From IMG/VR virus record IMGVR_UViG_3300042554_001750: DNA of 64,000 bases, one strand, 5' to 3'. The position numbers and the translations under genes were made by a program. Position 1 is the first letter of the stretch; every line of letters begins with the position of its first letter. The notes under the pieces were generated by a model. That model was not told where the DNA came from, did not search any database, and saw nothing but the letters and a program-made list of their open reading frames with translations. The stretch is from a virus. Its lineage: Duplodnaviria > Caudoviricetes. Of the stretch, positions 56,760 through 64,000 are shown one piece after another.

Positions 56760-57787
56760 GATATCTTTATGGGAGTGTTGTTGAGTACTTTGATTCTTTT
56801 AGTAATGTTAAGATCGGATACAGTATGCTTGTAATTCATTTTGCTAGAAAAATAAATGATAGCTATTTTTTTAGTTTGATAACTATCAACATCTTCTAAG
56901 AATAATTTCATTAAATTAAAAACTTGAATTCCAGATTCAGAAAACTTTTGTCTTAGTTCGGTCTTCAATGATTGGGGCAAAGAGTGTTCTGCAATTATAC
57001 CAACTGCATCGCATTCTATTTCACGAAGCCAATGAGGTAGATCAAAAATATCTTCAATTAAAATTTCAGTATCGTATTCACTAGCAAATTTGGTTTTTTT
57101 GTTTTGAAATTTTATCTCGTCTGAGATATCTACACCTAGAGTAGAAAGATATGCTAGTGTTTTTATATCAGTATTTAGTGTTATATTAGACAACTGATTA
57201 TGAATATGATTGTTGATAGCCGCAATCATATACTGATTATTTACCTTTACCAGAGTTGGGTTCCAATACTTGACAGAATCATGTCTTTTTAGTTTTTCTA
57301 AAAGTGTTTTAGTCGTATCGCAGTAATTAATCACTGGATAATATTTTTTAGCTGTGTCTAAAATCAACTTCAAAGAATACGACCCATACGGAGCCGAATA
57401 TCTTTTGTTATCCTTATCCCATTTAAAAAAATGAGTTTGTGTTCTTAAATCACTTATAAATTTTTTACTGAAGGGGGACCGAAAGTATATGAAATTGTTT
57501 TCAATAGAAACCTTTGCCTCTGTATATTCTTTTTCGCTGGGGACAATATTGGTTGCTTGCCAATTTAATTTAGATATCAAGGTAGGTGAAATTTTATTTT
57601 TTGTTAGTTGTCGTTGATACTTAATCACTAATTTTTCAAATAACGCTATTTGGTTTGTAGTCACAGACTGATTTTGTAAAATGGCAAAGTGCAAATTAGT
57701 AACAAACTTTAAGTCCAACGAACTTAGTTTCATCATTCCAACCTGCATGTAGTATACCAAATGTTCCCGAGTTTTTAATTCAATCAT
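56756..57787 (-). CDS. hypothetical protein
   Basis: 343-aa ORF coupled to uvsW; extended -10 TGCTAAAAT 6 nt upstream of the ATG. Confidence 0.8.
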   Translation of the reverse strand: MIELKTREHLVYYMQVGMMKLSSLDLKFVTNLHFAILQNQSVTTNQIALFEKLVIKYQRQLTKNKISPTLISKLNWQATNIVPSEKEYTEAKVSIENNFIYFRSPFSKKFISDLRTQTHFFKWDKDNKRYSAPYGSYSLKLILDTAKKYYPVINYCDTTKTLLEKLKRHDSVKYWNPTLVKVNNQYMIAAINNHIHNQLSNITLNTDIKTLAYLSTLGVDISDEIKFQNKKTKFASEYDTEILIEDIFDLPHWLREIECDAVGIIAEHSLPQSLKTELRQKFSESGIQVFNLMKLFLEDVDSYQTKKIAIIYFSSKMNYKHTVSDLNITKRIKVLNNTPIKIS

Positions 57788-57833
57788 CTTTTGATTTTAG
57801 CATTTTACAATATACAATCACAAGTACAAAGGC

Positions 57834-57857
57834 AAAAAAAGGGAACCAAAGTCCCCT
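57834..57857 (-). terminator. intrinsic terminator
   Basis: AGGGGAC-TTTG-GTTCCCT followed by a U-tract on the minus strand. Confidence 0.8.
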
Positions 57858-57885
57858 AAAACTTGTTTAATCTACTTACGGAATA

Positions 57886-58908
57886 TCAGCCCTTCATGCA
57901 CGTGGCACGTGCCAGATTCTGCCAATTGGTCGGGCTAATCTTAACCAAATCAGCAATCTTCAAAGTCATACGCAAGGACACTTCACGCAACTTGTTGTGA
58001 TTGTCCCACATGAAATTCAGAATCGTTTCCTCTTGTTCCTTGTCAAACCCATAGTCAACGAACAACCCGGGGTCAGCATCACGATGGACTTGCTTGATAC
58101 GGAGCATCTTATCACGCTCGGTGTTGATAGTCAGGTCCAAGAAGTGACTGCGAGACTGGAGAGCATCCAAGTGCGGCTGAATCTTAGTGGCTCGCTTGTT
58201 ATCAAAGGTCTTGTTAGTGATAAAAATGATAGAACCATGGAAGTCAAAAGTGTTGGGGACACCTTCTTCACGCAACAGTCGGCTATCCTTGTTGTAAGAG
58301 ATACGACGGGTCTTGCCTGAATCCAAAGCACCCTTGAGAATATTCACAGCATCCTGATCTTCCCAAATGTCGCAATCGTCAAAGACCAATACATTCTTGC
58401 GATCCGAATACTTGTACAACAGAGCAAACAATCCGATAGCGGACATAGTACCCTTGACAATTTCAAAACGCAACTTGCGGCCTACAACCTGATCAAACAG
58501 GCTAGCCTTTTCCATTTGCGTAGTGACGCCGAAACTCTTACCGACACCGGGGGGGCCAGTCACAATCATAGCACGGATATCACCTGAGATACATGCCTTA
58601 GACATTTCATCAAGGACTGCAAAACGCTCCTTGATGCGGTCCATAGCCTGCTCATCAGTCTCGGTAACAACCTCAGCAGGAGCCTCGGACACTTGACTGA
58701 CAACCGAAGAGCCGTTCAGAAATTCAATAGCCTGCATATTGTCAACCTTGATTTTAATCTCATCACTGTAGCCGGGAAACTGGCCGTCATTCTTGACAGT
58801 AACATAGTTACCTTTCTTGCCGGTTTGAAAACCCTTGACAAGGGTAAAAACCTCGTTACGAACGGTTTGATTGCGATACGAACCAGAGAGAATGCGAATC
58901 GTTGACAT
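57886..58908 (-). CDS. AAA+ ATPase
   Basis: GPPGVGKS, VLVFDDCD, IIFITN and LQSRS motifs. Confidence 0.85.
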   Translation of the reverse strand: MSTIRILSGSYRNQTVRNEVFTLVKGFQTGKKGNYVTVKNDGQFPGYSDEIKIKVDNMQAIEFLNGSSVVSQVSEAPAEVVTETDEQAMDRIKERFAVLDEMSKACISGDIRAMIVTGPPGVGKSFGVTTQMEKASLFDQVVGRKLRFEIVKGTMSAIGLFALLYKYSDRKNVLVFDDCDIWEDQDAVNILKGALDSGKTRRISYNKDSRLLREEGVPNTFDFHGSIIFITNKTFDNKRATKIQPHLDALQSRSHFLDLTINTERDKMLRIKQVHRDADPGLFVDYGFDKEQEETILNFMWDNHNKLREVSLRMTLKIADLVKISPTNWQNLARATCMKG

Positions 58909-58941
58909 ATTTGCTCCTGTGTCTTAACTGTCTATGTATGT

Positions 58942-58970
58942 ATTATATAGCCAAATCCATTTATTGTCAA
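58942..58970 (-). promoter_or_regulatory. early sigma70 promoter (cassette repeat 1)
   Basis: TTGACA-17 bp-TATAAT. Confidence 0.9.
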
Positions 58971-58974
58971 CCTA

Positions 58975-59163
58975 TTAAAAATCTACAAATCCTAGGTTGT
59001 ACATTGCGTCACGGAAAGGTTCATAGCAATCCGGATCTCCGAATGAATAAATCAGTTCACGCAATTCCTCGGTGCATCCATCTTCAAACAAGTCAAAAAT
59101 TGCATAGTTATCCAAGGTCTTGCAGGCTTCAATAAAATCAGAAAGATCGGAAAGTAGAGTCAT
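58975..59163 (-). CDS. small early hypothetical protein
   Basis: 62 aa; own promoter and AGGA RBS. Confidence 0.75.
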   Translation of the reverse strand: MTLLSDLSDFIEACKTLDNYAIFDLFEDGCTEELRELIYSFGDPDCYEPFRDAMYNLGFVDF

Positions 59164-59193
59164 GTTTATTCCTGAAGTTGACTGAAAGATCCT

Positions 59194-59222
59194 AGTTTAA
59201 CACAGGATCCATTTATTGTCAA
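59194..59222 (-). promoter_or_regulatory. early sigma70 promoter (cassette repeat 2)
   Basis: TTGACA-17 bp-TAAACT. Confidence 0.85.
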
Positions 59223-59224
59223 CC

Positions 59225-59536
59225 TCAGGCCGTGATCCAAACTTCCTCAGATTCTAATACCAATGATTCGGAGCCATCGTATTCATCAATACGAAACTGT
59301 GCCCCTTCAGGTACCCACTTTACAATCAAGTCGCCTGCTCCGCCAGTGTACCCCTCAGGGTACTTCAAGTCAGCATAAGCCACAAGTTCCTCAGACTCAG
59401 CACCGCTCAATACCAAATCCACAAGGGTGGGATCAAACAACAATTCGGGCATTTCTTTGTTCCAAGTATACCAGCCGGCACCGAAGCCGGGAGATACTAG
59501 CACGGCAACCATGCCGTCACGCACAATTTTATCCAT
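59225..59536 (-). CDS. early hypothetical protein
   Basis: 103 aa; VAVLVSPGFGAGWYTWN. Confidence 0.8.
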   Translation of the reverse strand: MDKIVRDGMVAVLVSPGFGAGWYTWNKEMPELLFDPTLVDLVLSGAESEELVAYADLKYPEGYTGGAGDLIVKWVPEGAQFRIDEYDGSESLVLESEEVWITA

Positions 59537-60003
59537 TACGCAGCCTTTGCGAGGTATTCGGACACTTGATCACCGGTGACAATTGCTCCGTCACGCATCG
59601 TATACACAACACGATAGTTGGCACGACCGCCAGCCATCTCCATATCATACTCCTCGGTCTTACGCTCGACCTTGGAGTTCATATAGCCATACTCACCGTT
59701 CTCAACGGTGCGATTAGCGATCCAACGACCGCCGATCCAACGGAGTTCAAACGGGGTCTCCCACGGCTCGGTAACCTTAACATCATTGTCAAGGATGGCG
59801 TAGTCAACCACATACTCCTCAAACATATCCGAATGGGTTTCAATCAATGCCTTGAGGGTGGGTATACCACGCTCCTTGACCTTAAGGGTTTGTTCAACTG
59901 TCAGATCGGGAACAACAAAGACCTCACCGCCCTTCATCTTCCAGTAGGGTTCAGCAACGGTACCGTAGTTTTCGCGGACTTGAGTGTAAATGACGACCTT
60001 CAT
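59536..60003 (-). CDS. early hypothetical protein
   Basis: 155 aa; GGAG RBS. Confidence 0.8.
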   Translation of the reverse strand: MKVVIYTQVRENYGTVAEPYWKMKGGEVFVVPDLTVEQTLKVKERGIPTLKALIETHSDMFEEYVVDYAILDNDVKVTEPWETPFELRWIGGRWIANRTVENGEYGYMNSKVERKTEEYDMEMAGGRANYRVVYTMRDGAIVTGDQVSEYLAKAA

Positions 60004-60035
60004 ATTTGCTCCGTTATCTAACTGTCTATGAGACT

Positions 60036-60064
60036 ATTATATAACCAAATCCAATTATTGTCAA
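60036..60064 (-). promoter_or_regulatory. early sigma70 promoter (cassette repeat 3)
   Basis: TTGACA-17 bp-TATAAT. Confidence 0.9.
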
Positions 60065-60066
60065 CC

Positions 60067-60240
60067 TCAGGAATTCACCGTGCTGAACGGATCAAAATCC
60101 TCAGATTTAGATTCCATGGATTCTAGGGTGTCATAGACCCAACTCAACGGAATATTAAGAATCCTAGCAATCTTAGTGGGGTGCATACCCTCTTCCAAAT
60201 ATTCTTGAATATCCATGGAAATATCACTCATCCTAGACAT
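60067..60240 (-). CDS. small protein, possible HTH (not in ORF track)
   Basis: MSRMSDISMDIQEYLEEGMHPTKIARILNIPLSWVYDTLESMESKSEDFDPFSTVNS. Confidence 0.7.
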   Translation of the reverse strand: MSRMSDISMDIQEYLEEGMHPTKIARILNIPLSWVYDTLESMESKSEDFDPFSTVNS

Positions 60241-60254
60241 TTTTTGTCAACCTT

Positions 60255-60467
60255 TCAGCGTGAGAGAAAACGAGCCAACTCCTCATTGAGAGTGTTCATT
60301 TCAAATTGTTCAACATAGAAATCAGTCTTGGGATCCCAGTATTGACCTGCCTTCGGATCGTAATACAATACACGACCACCCACGAAAGCAAACGGACCCT
60401 CAAGACCCTTGATAGGCTTGTACCCACCATAAACATCTTCAGTGCGACCAAGAACCTTGTAACCCAT
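60255..60467 (-). CDS. small early hypothetical protein
   Basis: 70 aa; EGPF...GRVLYYDPKAGQYWDPKTD. Confidence 0.8.
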   Translation of the reverse strand: MGYKVLGRTEDVYGGYKPIKGLEGPFAFVGGRVLYYDPKAGQYWDPKTDFYVEQFEMNTLNEELARFLSR

Positions 60468-60468
60468 T

Positions 60469-60558
60469 TTACTGACCCTTCCATGCTTGGTCTTGAATAC
60501 GCTTCCATGTCTCAGCTACCCATTTATTCATCTGGGCCGAGGTGATCATCTTAGCCAT
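60469..60558 (-). CDS. 29-aa small protein (not in ORF track)
   Basis: MAKMITSAQMNKWVAETWKRIQDQAWKGQ; AAGGAG RBS; fills the gap exactly. Confidence 0.6.
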   Translation of the reverse strand: MAKMITSAQMNKWVAETWKRIQDQAWKGQ

Positions 60559-60567
60559 AATTACTCC

Positions 60568-60834
60568 TTAAATGAGGTCAACTTGAACCTGAACATCAAC
60601 CTTTTGACCATCGTGGTCATAGGCATTGTATGTACGGGCGATACCAGTAATTTCCTTGCCCGTCAGAGCCTGACTAGTACCGATGGTTTGTAGAGCCATA
60701 AGCACAGAGACACGCTGGGCAATAAAACACATATCAAACACGCCAGCCACCGTAGTAAAGAAGCCAACACCGTCAACAATCACACGGATTTTTTGGCTGT
60801 TATTCAGACCTTCAACCAAACGCTTTGCACGCAT
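60568..60834 (-). CDS. small early hypothetical protein
   Basis: 88 aa; AGGAG RBS. Confidence 0.8.
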   Translation of the reverse strand: MRAKRLVEGLNNSQKIRVIVDGVGFFTTVAGVFDMCFIAQRVSVLMALQTIGTSQALTGKEITGIARTYNAYDHDGQKVDVQVQVDLI

Positions 60835-60867
60835 AATTCGCTCCTGTATCTAACTGTCTATGAGACT

Positions 60868-60896
60868 ATTATATAACCAAATCCAATTATTGTCAA
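60868..60896 (-). promoter_or_regulatory. early sigma70 promoter (cassette repeat 4)
   Basis: TTGACA-17 bp-TATAAT. Confidence 0.9.
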
Positions 60897-61066
60897 CCAA
60901 TAATTGTAAGGAAAGTATACACTCGGACATCACGCTTTGCGAGCGTCCGAGCATCATGCAGGGCTCCGATTTTTGCGCCCTTGAGTGTTTTGTATTGCTT
61001 ACCCATCTCGGCCCAAAGATAGCCCTCGGCGTTCTTAATTAGGGTAACATGTTGTTTTTTCAGCAT
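60893..61066 (-). CDS. 57-aa small protein (not in ORF track)
   Basis: MLKKQHVTLIKNAEGYLWAEMGKQYKTLKG...TIIG; ATG 6 nt after its -10 box; the stop is the TGA inside the next TTGACA. Confidence 0.6.
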   Translation of the reverse strand: MLKKQHVTLIKNAEGYLWAEMGKQYKTLKGAKIGALHDARTLAKRDVRVYTFLTIIG

Positions 61067-61072
61067 ATTTGT

Positions 61073-61101
61073 ATTATATGCCCAAATCCAATTATTGTCA
61101 A
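61073..61101 (-). promoter_or_regulatory. early sigma70 promoter (cassette repeat 5)
   Basis: TTGACA-17 bp-TATAAT. Confidence 0.9.
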
Positions 61102-61385
61102 CCGTTTTTTAGTGCTAGAAAAATCAGTTTAGTGTCACGGGGAGTCCAACGCTTTCCGTCAGGACCACAGGCTTCGTAGGTTCCACGCATTACATTGCAA
61201 CTATGAAAATAACCCGGGGTAATTTTACCGAACACCGGGTCATACTTTTCCTCATTCCAGGACTCGGGAATATGGCACTTGAAAAAATAACTTTCACGCA
61301 ATAGCCGAGCCATGAATGAGCCCTTGGCGTGTTTACAATCCTTGCACTTAAGTTCCTTATTGTACACAGGCTGTGACATGTTCAT
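61098..61385 (-). CDS. small Cys-rich hypothetical protein
   Basis: CKDCKH...C...C...CGPDGKRW. Confidence 0.75.
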   Translation of the reverse strand: MNMSQPVYNKELKCKDCKHAKGSFMARLLRESYFFKCHIPESWNEEKYDPVFGKITPGYFHSCNVMRGTYEACGPDGKRWTPRDTKLIFLALKNG

Positions 61386-61503
61386 CCTTCAAAATCTGTT
61401 GTGAAAAAACAACGCCACCGTATGCTTGCTGGTAGCACAATGCAGTGGCTTCAATGTAGAAAGTGTAGATACGACCTTGGGGAGTTACCAGAGTGTAGTT
61501 CAT
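61357..61503 (-). CDS. 48-aa small protein (not in ORF track)
   Basis: MNYTLVTPQGRIYTFYIEATALCYQQAYGGVVFSQQILKDEHVTACVQ; AAGGA RBS and own promoter. Confidence 0.65.
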   Translation of the reverse strand: MNYTLVTPQGRIYTFYIEATALCYQQAYGGVVFSQQILKDEHVTACVQ

Positions 61504-61527
61504 ACAGTTCCTTATCAACTATACCTT

Positions 61528-61556
61528 AGTATAGCACAGGAACCATTTATTGTCAA
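61528..61556 (-). promoter_or_regulatory. early sigma70 promoter (cassette repeat 6)
   Basis: TTGACA-17 bp-TATACT with TGn extension. Confidence 0.9.
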
Positions 61557-61558
61557 AT

Positions 61559-62551
61559 TTAGTTTTTATAGACTACAGTGGTATCCGCACTCTTGGCATT
61601 CTTTTGTGAAGTCTGATTGCTTTGCCTTTTACTGCTCACCACATTGAGGGTGTTCACAACACTAAAACCCAATTCTTTATGGTAGGCAAGTACATCATCA
61701 CTCATGTCCCGATTGCGTACCTTACCTACATTCCAGCAACTAACACCATCTTCTTTAAGATGTTCAATGCTCAAATGAATGATCCCACGCAAAAAAGTAT
61801 CTGCCCAAGCTTGGTAGGTTGGTGTATTGGTAATTGATTGCGTATTTTGATGTGCGTATACTTCAAGGTCAAAGTAGGGAGGACTTGTTAAAACTAAATC
61901 TACCTTAGGTAGGTTGTATTTTTTCATGTTTAACGCATCATCACAAATCAAGGTCACACGATTTTGTATCCCCAAAAAGTTCACAATGTCATTTAGATTT
62001 TTATAAGTTTCAGTGTTTGGTTCAAATGCTATGTAATGGGCCCCATACGATACTGCACCGAGCATGCGACCTCCCCAACCTGCACAAGGATCAAGGACTA
62101 TTTCAGGCTTGTATTTTATGCAGGCTAGTTTCATCATTTGAGGTCTGTACATTGTGTTTTTTGTTAGACCACAACAAAAGTAAATGCCACGCTTTAACTC
62201 ACTCATGTACGGGGTGCTATGACTTTTACGGTTCCATCTTAGAATTTTTTCTAAATTTTCTGCCTTCCACAAACTCTTAAAACTAGTTCCTGTTGCACTT
62301 TCAATATCATAGAAATTAGGGCAAAAGTGTTCACTCAATTTCATACCCAATCTAGAGGTAGAATTGATATCGTTATCTGTGGTAGTCCATTTGCAAAGTT
62401 TTTGCCAATCTTTTTTTAATTCGTCAACAGAATAATTATGTAGGAAACTAGTTTGTTCTAACTCTTTAGCAAGATGGGGCAATAGATTTTCAAAATCAGA
62501 ATTTGATAAATTTCTTAAACTAAATCTTTTATTTAAATAATTTAAAATCAT
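61559..62551 (-). CDS. amino (N6A/N4C) DNA methyltransferase
   Basis: VLDPCAGWGGR (motif I) followed by DLVLTSPPYF (motif IV). Confidence 0.88.
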   Translation of the reverse strand: MILNYLNKRFSLRNLSNSDFENLLPHLAKELEQTSFLHNYSVDELKKDWQKLCKWTTTDNDINSTSRLGMKLSEHFCPNFYDIESATGTSFKSLWKAENLEKILRWNRKSHSTPYMSELKRGIYFCCGLTKNTMYRPQMMKLACIKYKPEIVLDPCAGWGGRMLGAVSYGAHYIAFEPNTETYKNLNDIVNFLGIQNRVTLICDDALNMKKYNLPKVDLVLTSPPYFDLEVYAHQNTQSITNTPTYQAWADTFLRGIIHLSIEHLKEDGVSCWNVGKVRNRDMSDDVLAYHKELGFSVVNTLNVVSSKRQSNQTSQKNAKSADTTVVYKN

Positions 62552-63144
62552 TTTGTTAGGTTTATAAATTTTTGAAGCATTACTTTACTCATACATTTTT
62601 TTGAATTATTTTCATCAAAGTAAAGTATTTCTAAATTTGGGCAGTCAATATATTGTTTATATCCAAATCTCACGGATTTACGAGTGGTTGAATTGTTAAT
62701 TTTCTTTAAGAGTTTTGCTTCTAAATCTGAAGTGATATGATTTGCAGGGAACCTCACCACAAAAAGGCATTTATCGTCTGCAAACCCTGAACAAAGAATA
62801 TCCCAGTCTTTAATATCATTGATTTTTTTCAAGGTAATATCATTAAAACTACCGCCACCTGTTAATTTTTTTTGTTTCCCCTTTTCATTTTTGTGAGCGT
62901 ATTCAGGTTTTACTTCAACATATTTTTTTCTTGTACTGTCATAGCCGTCTGCTCCTTGTTTTTTATCTATTTTTTTGCAACCTGCCACAGAAAGTGTTAG
63001 TTCCTCTCTTAATGTACTTGAATTTTTGTCAAATAAAAATGTCTCAATAATTTCTTGTGCTACTTTGGTCAATTTGTTAAATTCTTTTTTATCACCAAAA
63101 AAATAGTTTTTTATCAATTTAAGTGCATCTGGGCTAAGACTCAT
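62548..63144 (-). CDS. putative PD-(D/E)XK restriction endonuclease
   Basis: GADGYD...YVEVK pattern; ATGA-coupled to the methyltransferase; very AT-rich. Confidence 0.5.
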   Translation of the reverse strand: MSLSPDALKLIKNYFFGDKKEFNKLTKVAQEIIETFLFDKNSSTLREELTLSVAGCKKIDKKQGADGYDSTRKKYVEVKPEYAHKNEKGKQKKLTGGGSFNDITLKKINDIKDWDILCSGFADDKCLFVVRFPANHITSDLEAKLLKKINNSTTRKSVRFGYKQYIDCPNLEILYFDENNSKKCMSKVMLQKFINLTK

Positions 63145-63174
63145 AAGTTCCTCTCAATAAACTGTATAGAATAA

Positions 63175-63203
63175 ATTATATAGTAATTTTACGGGTATGT
63201 CAA
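63175..63203 (-). promoter_or_regulatory. sigma70 promoter for the nuclease-methylase pair
   Basis: TTGACA-17 bp-TATAAT. Confidence 0.85.
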
Positions 63204-63204
63204 C

Positions 63205-63227
63205 AAAAAAACCCGCACTAGGCGGGT
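63205..63227 (-). terminator. intrinsic terminator
   Basis: AACCCGC-CTAGT-GCGGGTT followed by a U-tract on the minus strand. Confidence 0.85.
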
Positions 63228-63249
63228 TCTGTGTTAGTGTGTGAAACGA

Positions 63250-63489
63250 TTACTTTTTGTTCCAAGCCCAAAAAATAACTGCTAGGGCAATCAAGCCTAC
63301 AAGACCCTTCTCGCCTAATGCACCAACGAACTTAGCGATAGAGCCAACTACATCAATGCCTAGGAATGGTACTGCCGCACCAAATAGGATTTGTAGAACA
63401 ACGCCTACGGCAATCAGTTTGATTCCTAAATCCATAACATGACCTAGAAATACTCCTGCCATGCCAAATGCTTTGCTTACTTGTTCCAT
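63250..63489 (-). CDS. small hydrophobic membrane/virion protein
   Basis: 79 aa with two to three hydrophobic segments; own GTAAATA box (63516-63522) and terminator. Confidence 0.75.
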   Translation of the reverse strand: MEQVSKAFGMAGVFLGHVMDLGIKLIAVGVVLQILFGAAVPFLGIDVVGSIAKFVGALGEKGLVGLIALAVIFWAWNKK

Positions 63490-63593
63490 GTTTTTTGTTT
63501 CCTTTCACAAACTAATATTTACCGTAATAAGGTACCATATTAAGTGTCAGGACTATGTGTAATAACATAGAACAGTTAGCACATTAACTGCGA

Positions 63594-63992
63594 TTAGTTA
63601 ACCAAATCATACTTTTCAACTTGATAGAATCCTATATCGTGCTTTCGTTTAGTATAATAAAGACCACTGAGAGTGATAGGATTTTGTATGAGTTGTTCAA
63701 ATATACCAGTCAATGGATTATTTTTATCTAAGTAAAGAGCAACAACATTATTGTTTTCGTCACTAAACCAATATTCATTACGCTTTAATGATCGGCGATC
63801 TAACACAGTTTTACTAATGAATGATAATGTTTTTAACTCTTTGCCTATAACATTTTTTGATACTACCGTTTTTCTTCCGCTGAAAATTTTATCAATCTCT
63901 ATATCATAGAAGTAGAACTGGGGCAAACGATATGCCAATCCAAATGTTTGCTCTACAAATTTAGTTCCATCGCTGTGAACAAATTTATTCAA
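63594..63992 (-). CDS. hypothetical protein
   Basis: 132-aa ORF at the window edge. Confidence 0.7.
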   Translation of the reverse strand: MNKFVHSDGTKFVEQTFGLAYRLPQFYFYDIEIDKIFSGRKTVVSKNVIGKELKTLSFISKTVLDRRSLKRNEYWFSDENNNVVALYLDKNNPLTGIFEQLIQNPITLSGLYYTKRKHDIGFYQVEKYDLVN

Positions 63993-64000
63993 GTCCTCAG

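Larger units (their letters stand above)
60015..60898. repeat. identical 52-bp direct repeat (60015-60066 and 60847-60898) containing the early promoter
   Basis: TATCTAACTGTCTATGAGACTATTATATAACCAAATCCAATTATTGTCAACC in both copies. Confidence 0.92.

Noticed and set aside
59263-60021. 252-aa plus-strand ORF in the early region
   Set aside because: It is antisense to two promoter-linked minus-strand genes and is explained by the higher GC content.
58942-61561. CRISPR array interpretation of the repeated 30-50 bp elements
   Set aside because: The repeats are separated by whole genes of unequal length and are promoter consensus sequences.
1-64000. Stop-codon reassignment, seen in some jumbo phages
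   Set aside because: Genes tile densely under the standard code, and TAA, TGA and TAG all end recognisable full-length proteins.

Overview
A 64-kb segment of an AT-rich, lytic, T4-like (myovirus) large or jumbo phage genome, almost entirely coded on the minus strand in the standard genetic code. From left to right it holds: (1) 1-9.9 kb, chaperone/host-interaction and replication genes (ClpA-like partial, DnaJ, 3TM holin, PhoH, clamp loader, YccA/BI-1, GroES, N-terminal piece of a DnaE-type polymerase); (2) 9.9-45 kb, a virion morphogenesis block (fibres, Ig-rich baseplate protein, GH19 lysin, gp16-like, gp4, two tube-like proteins, sheath, gp13, gp14, gp15), interspersed with a dNMP kinase, MazG, NUDIX and a GIY-YIG endonuclease; (3) 45-57.8 kb, replication genes (ligase-like protein, helicase, primase, second DnaE piece, MarC, DEDDh exonuclease, 2OG dioxygenase, gp62-like, UvsW); (4) 57.9-64 kb, an early region of promoter-gene cassettes with near-identical sigma70 promoters and a candidate restriction-modification pair. 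The most striking item is an intein-less, two-chain, heavily miniaturised DnaE-family polymerase whose halves lie about 41 kb apart. There is also a pervasive leaderless-mRNA pattern and RBS-occluding hairpins. No tRNA, rRNA or CRISPR array was recognised. All family assignments are by motif recognition only; no database search was run.
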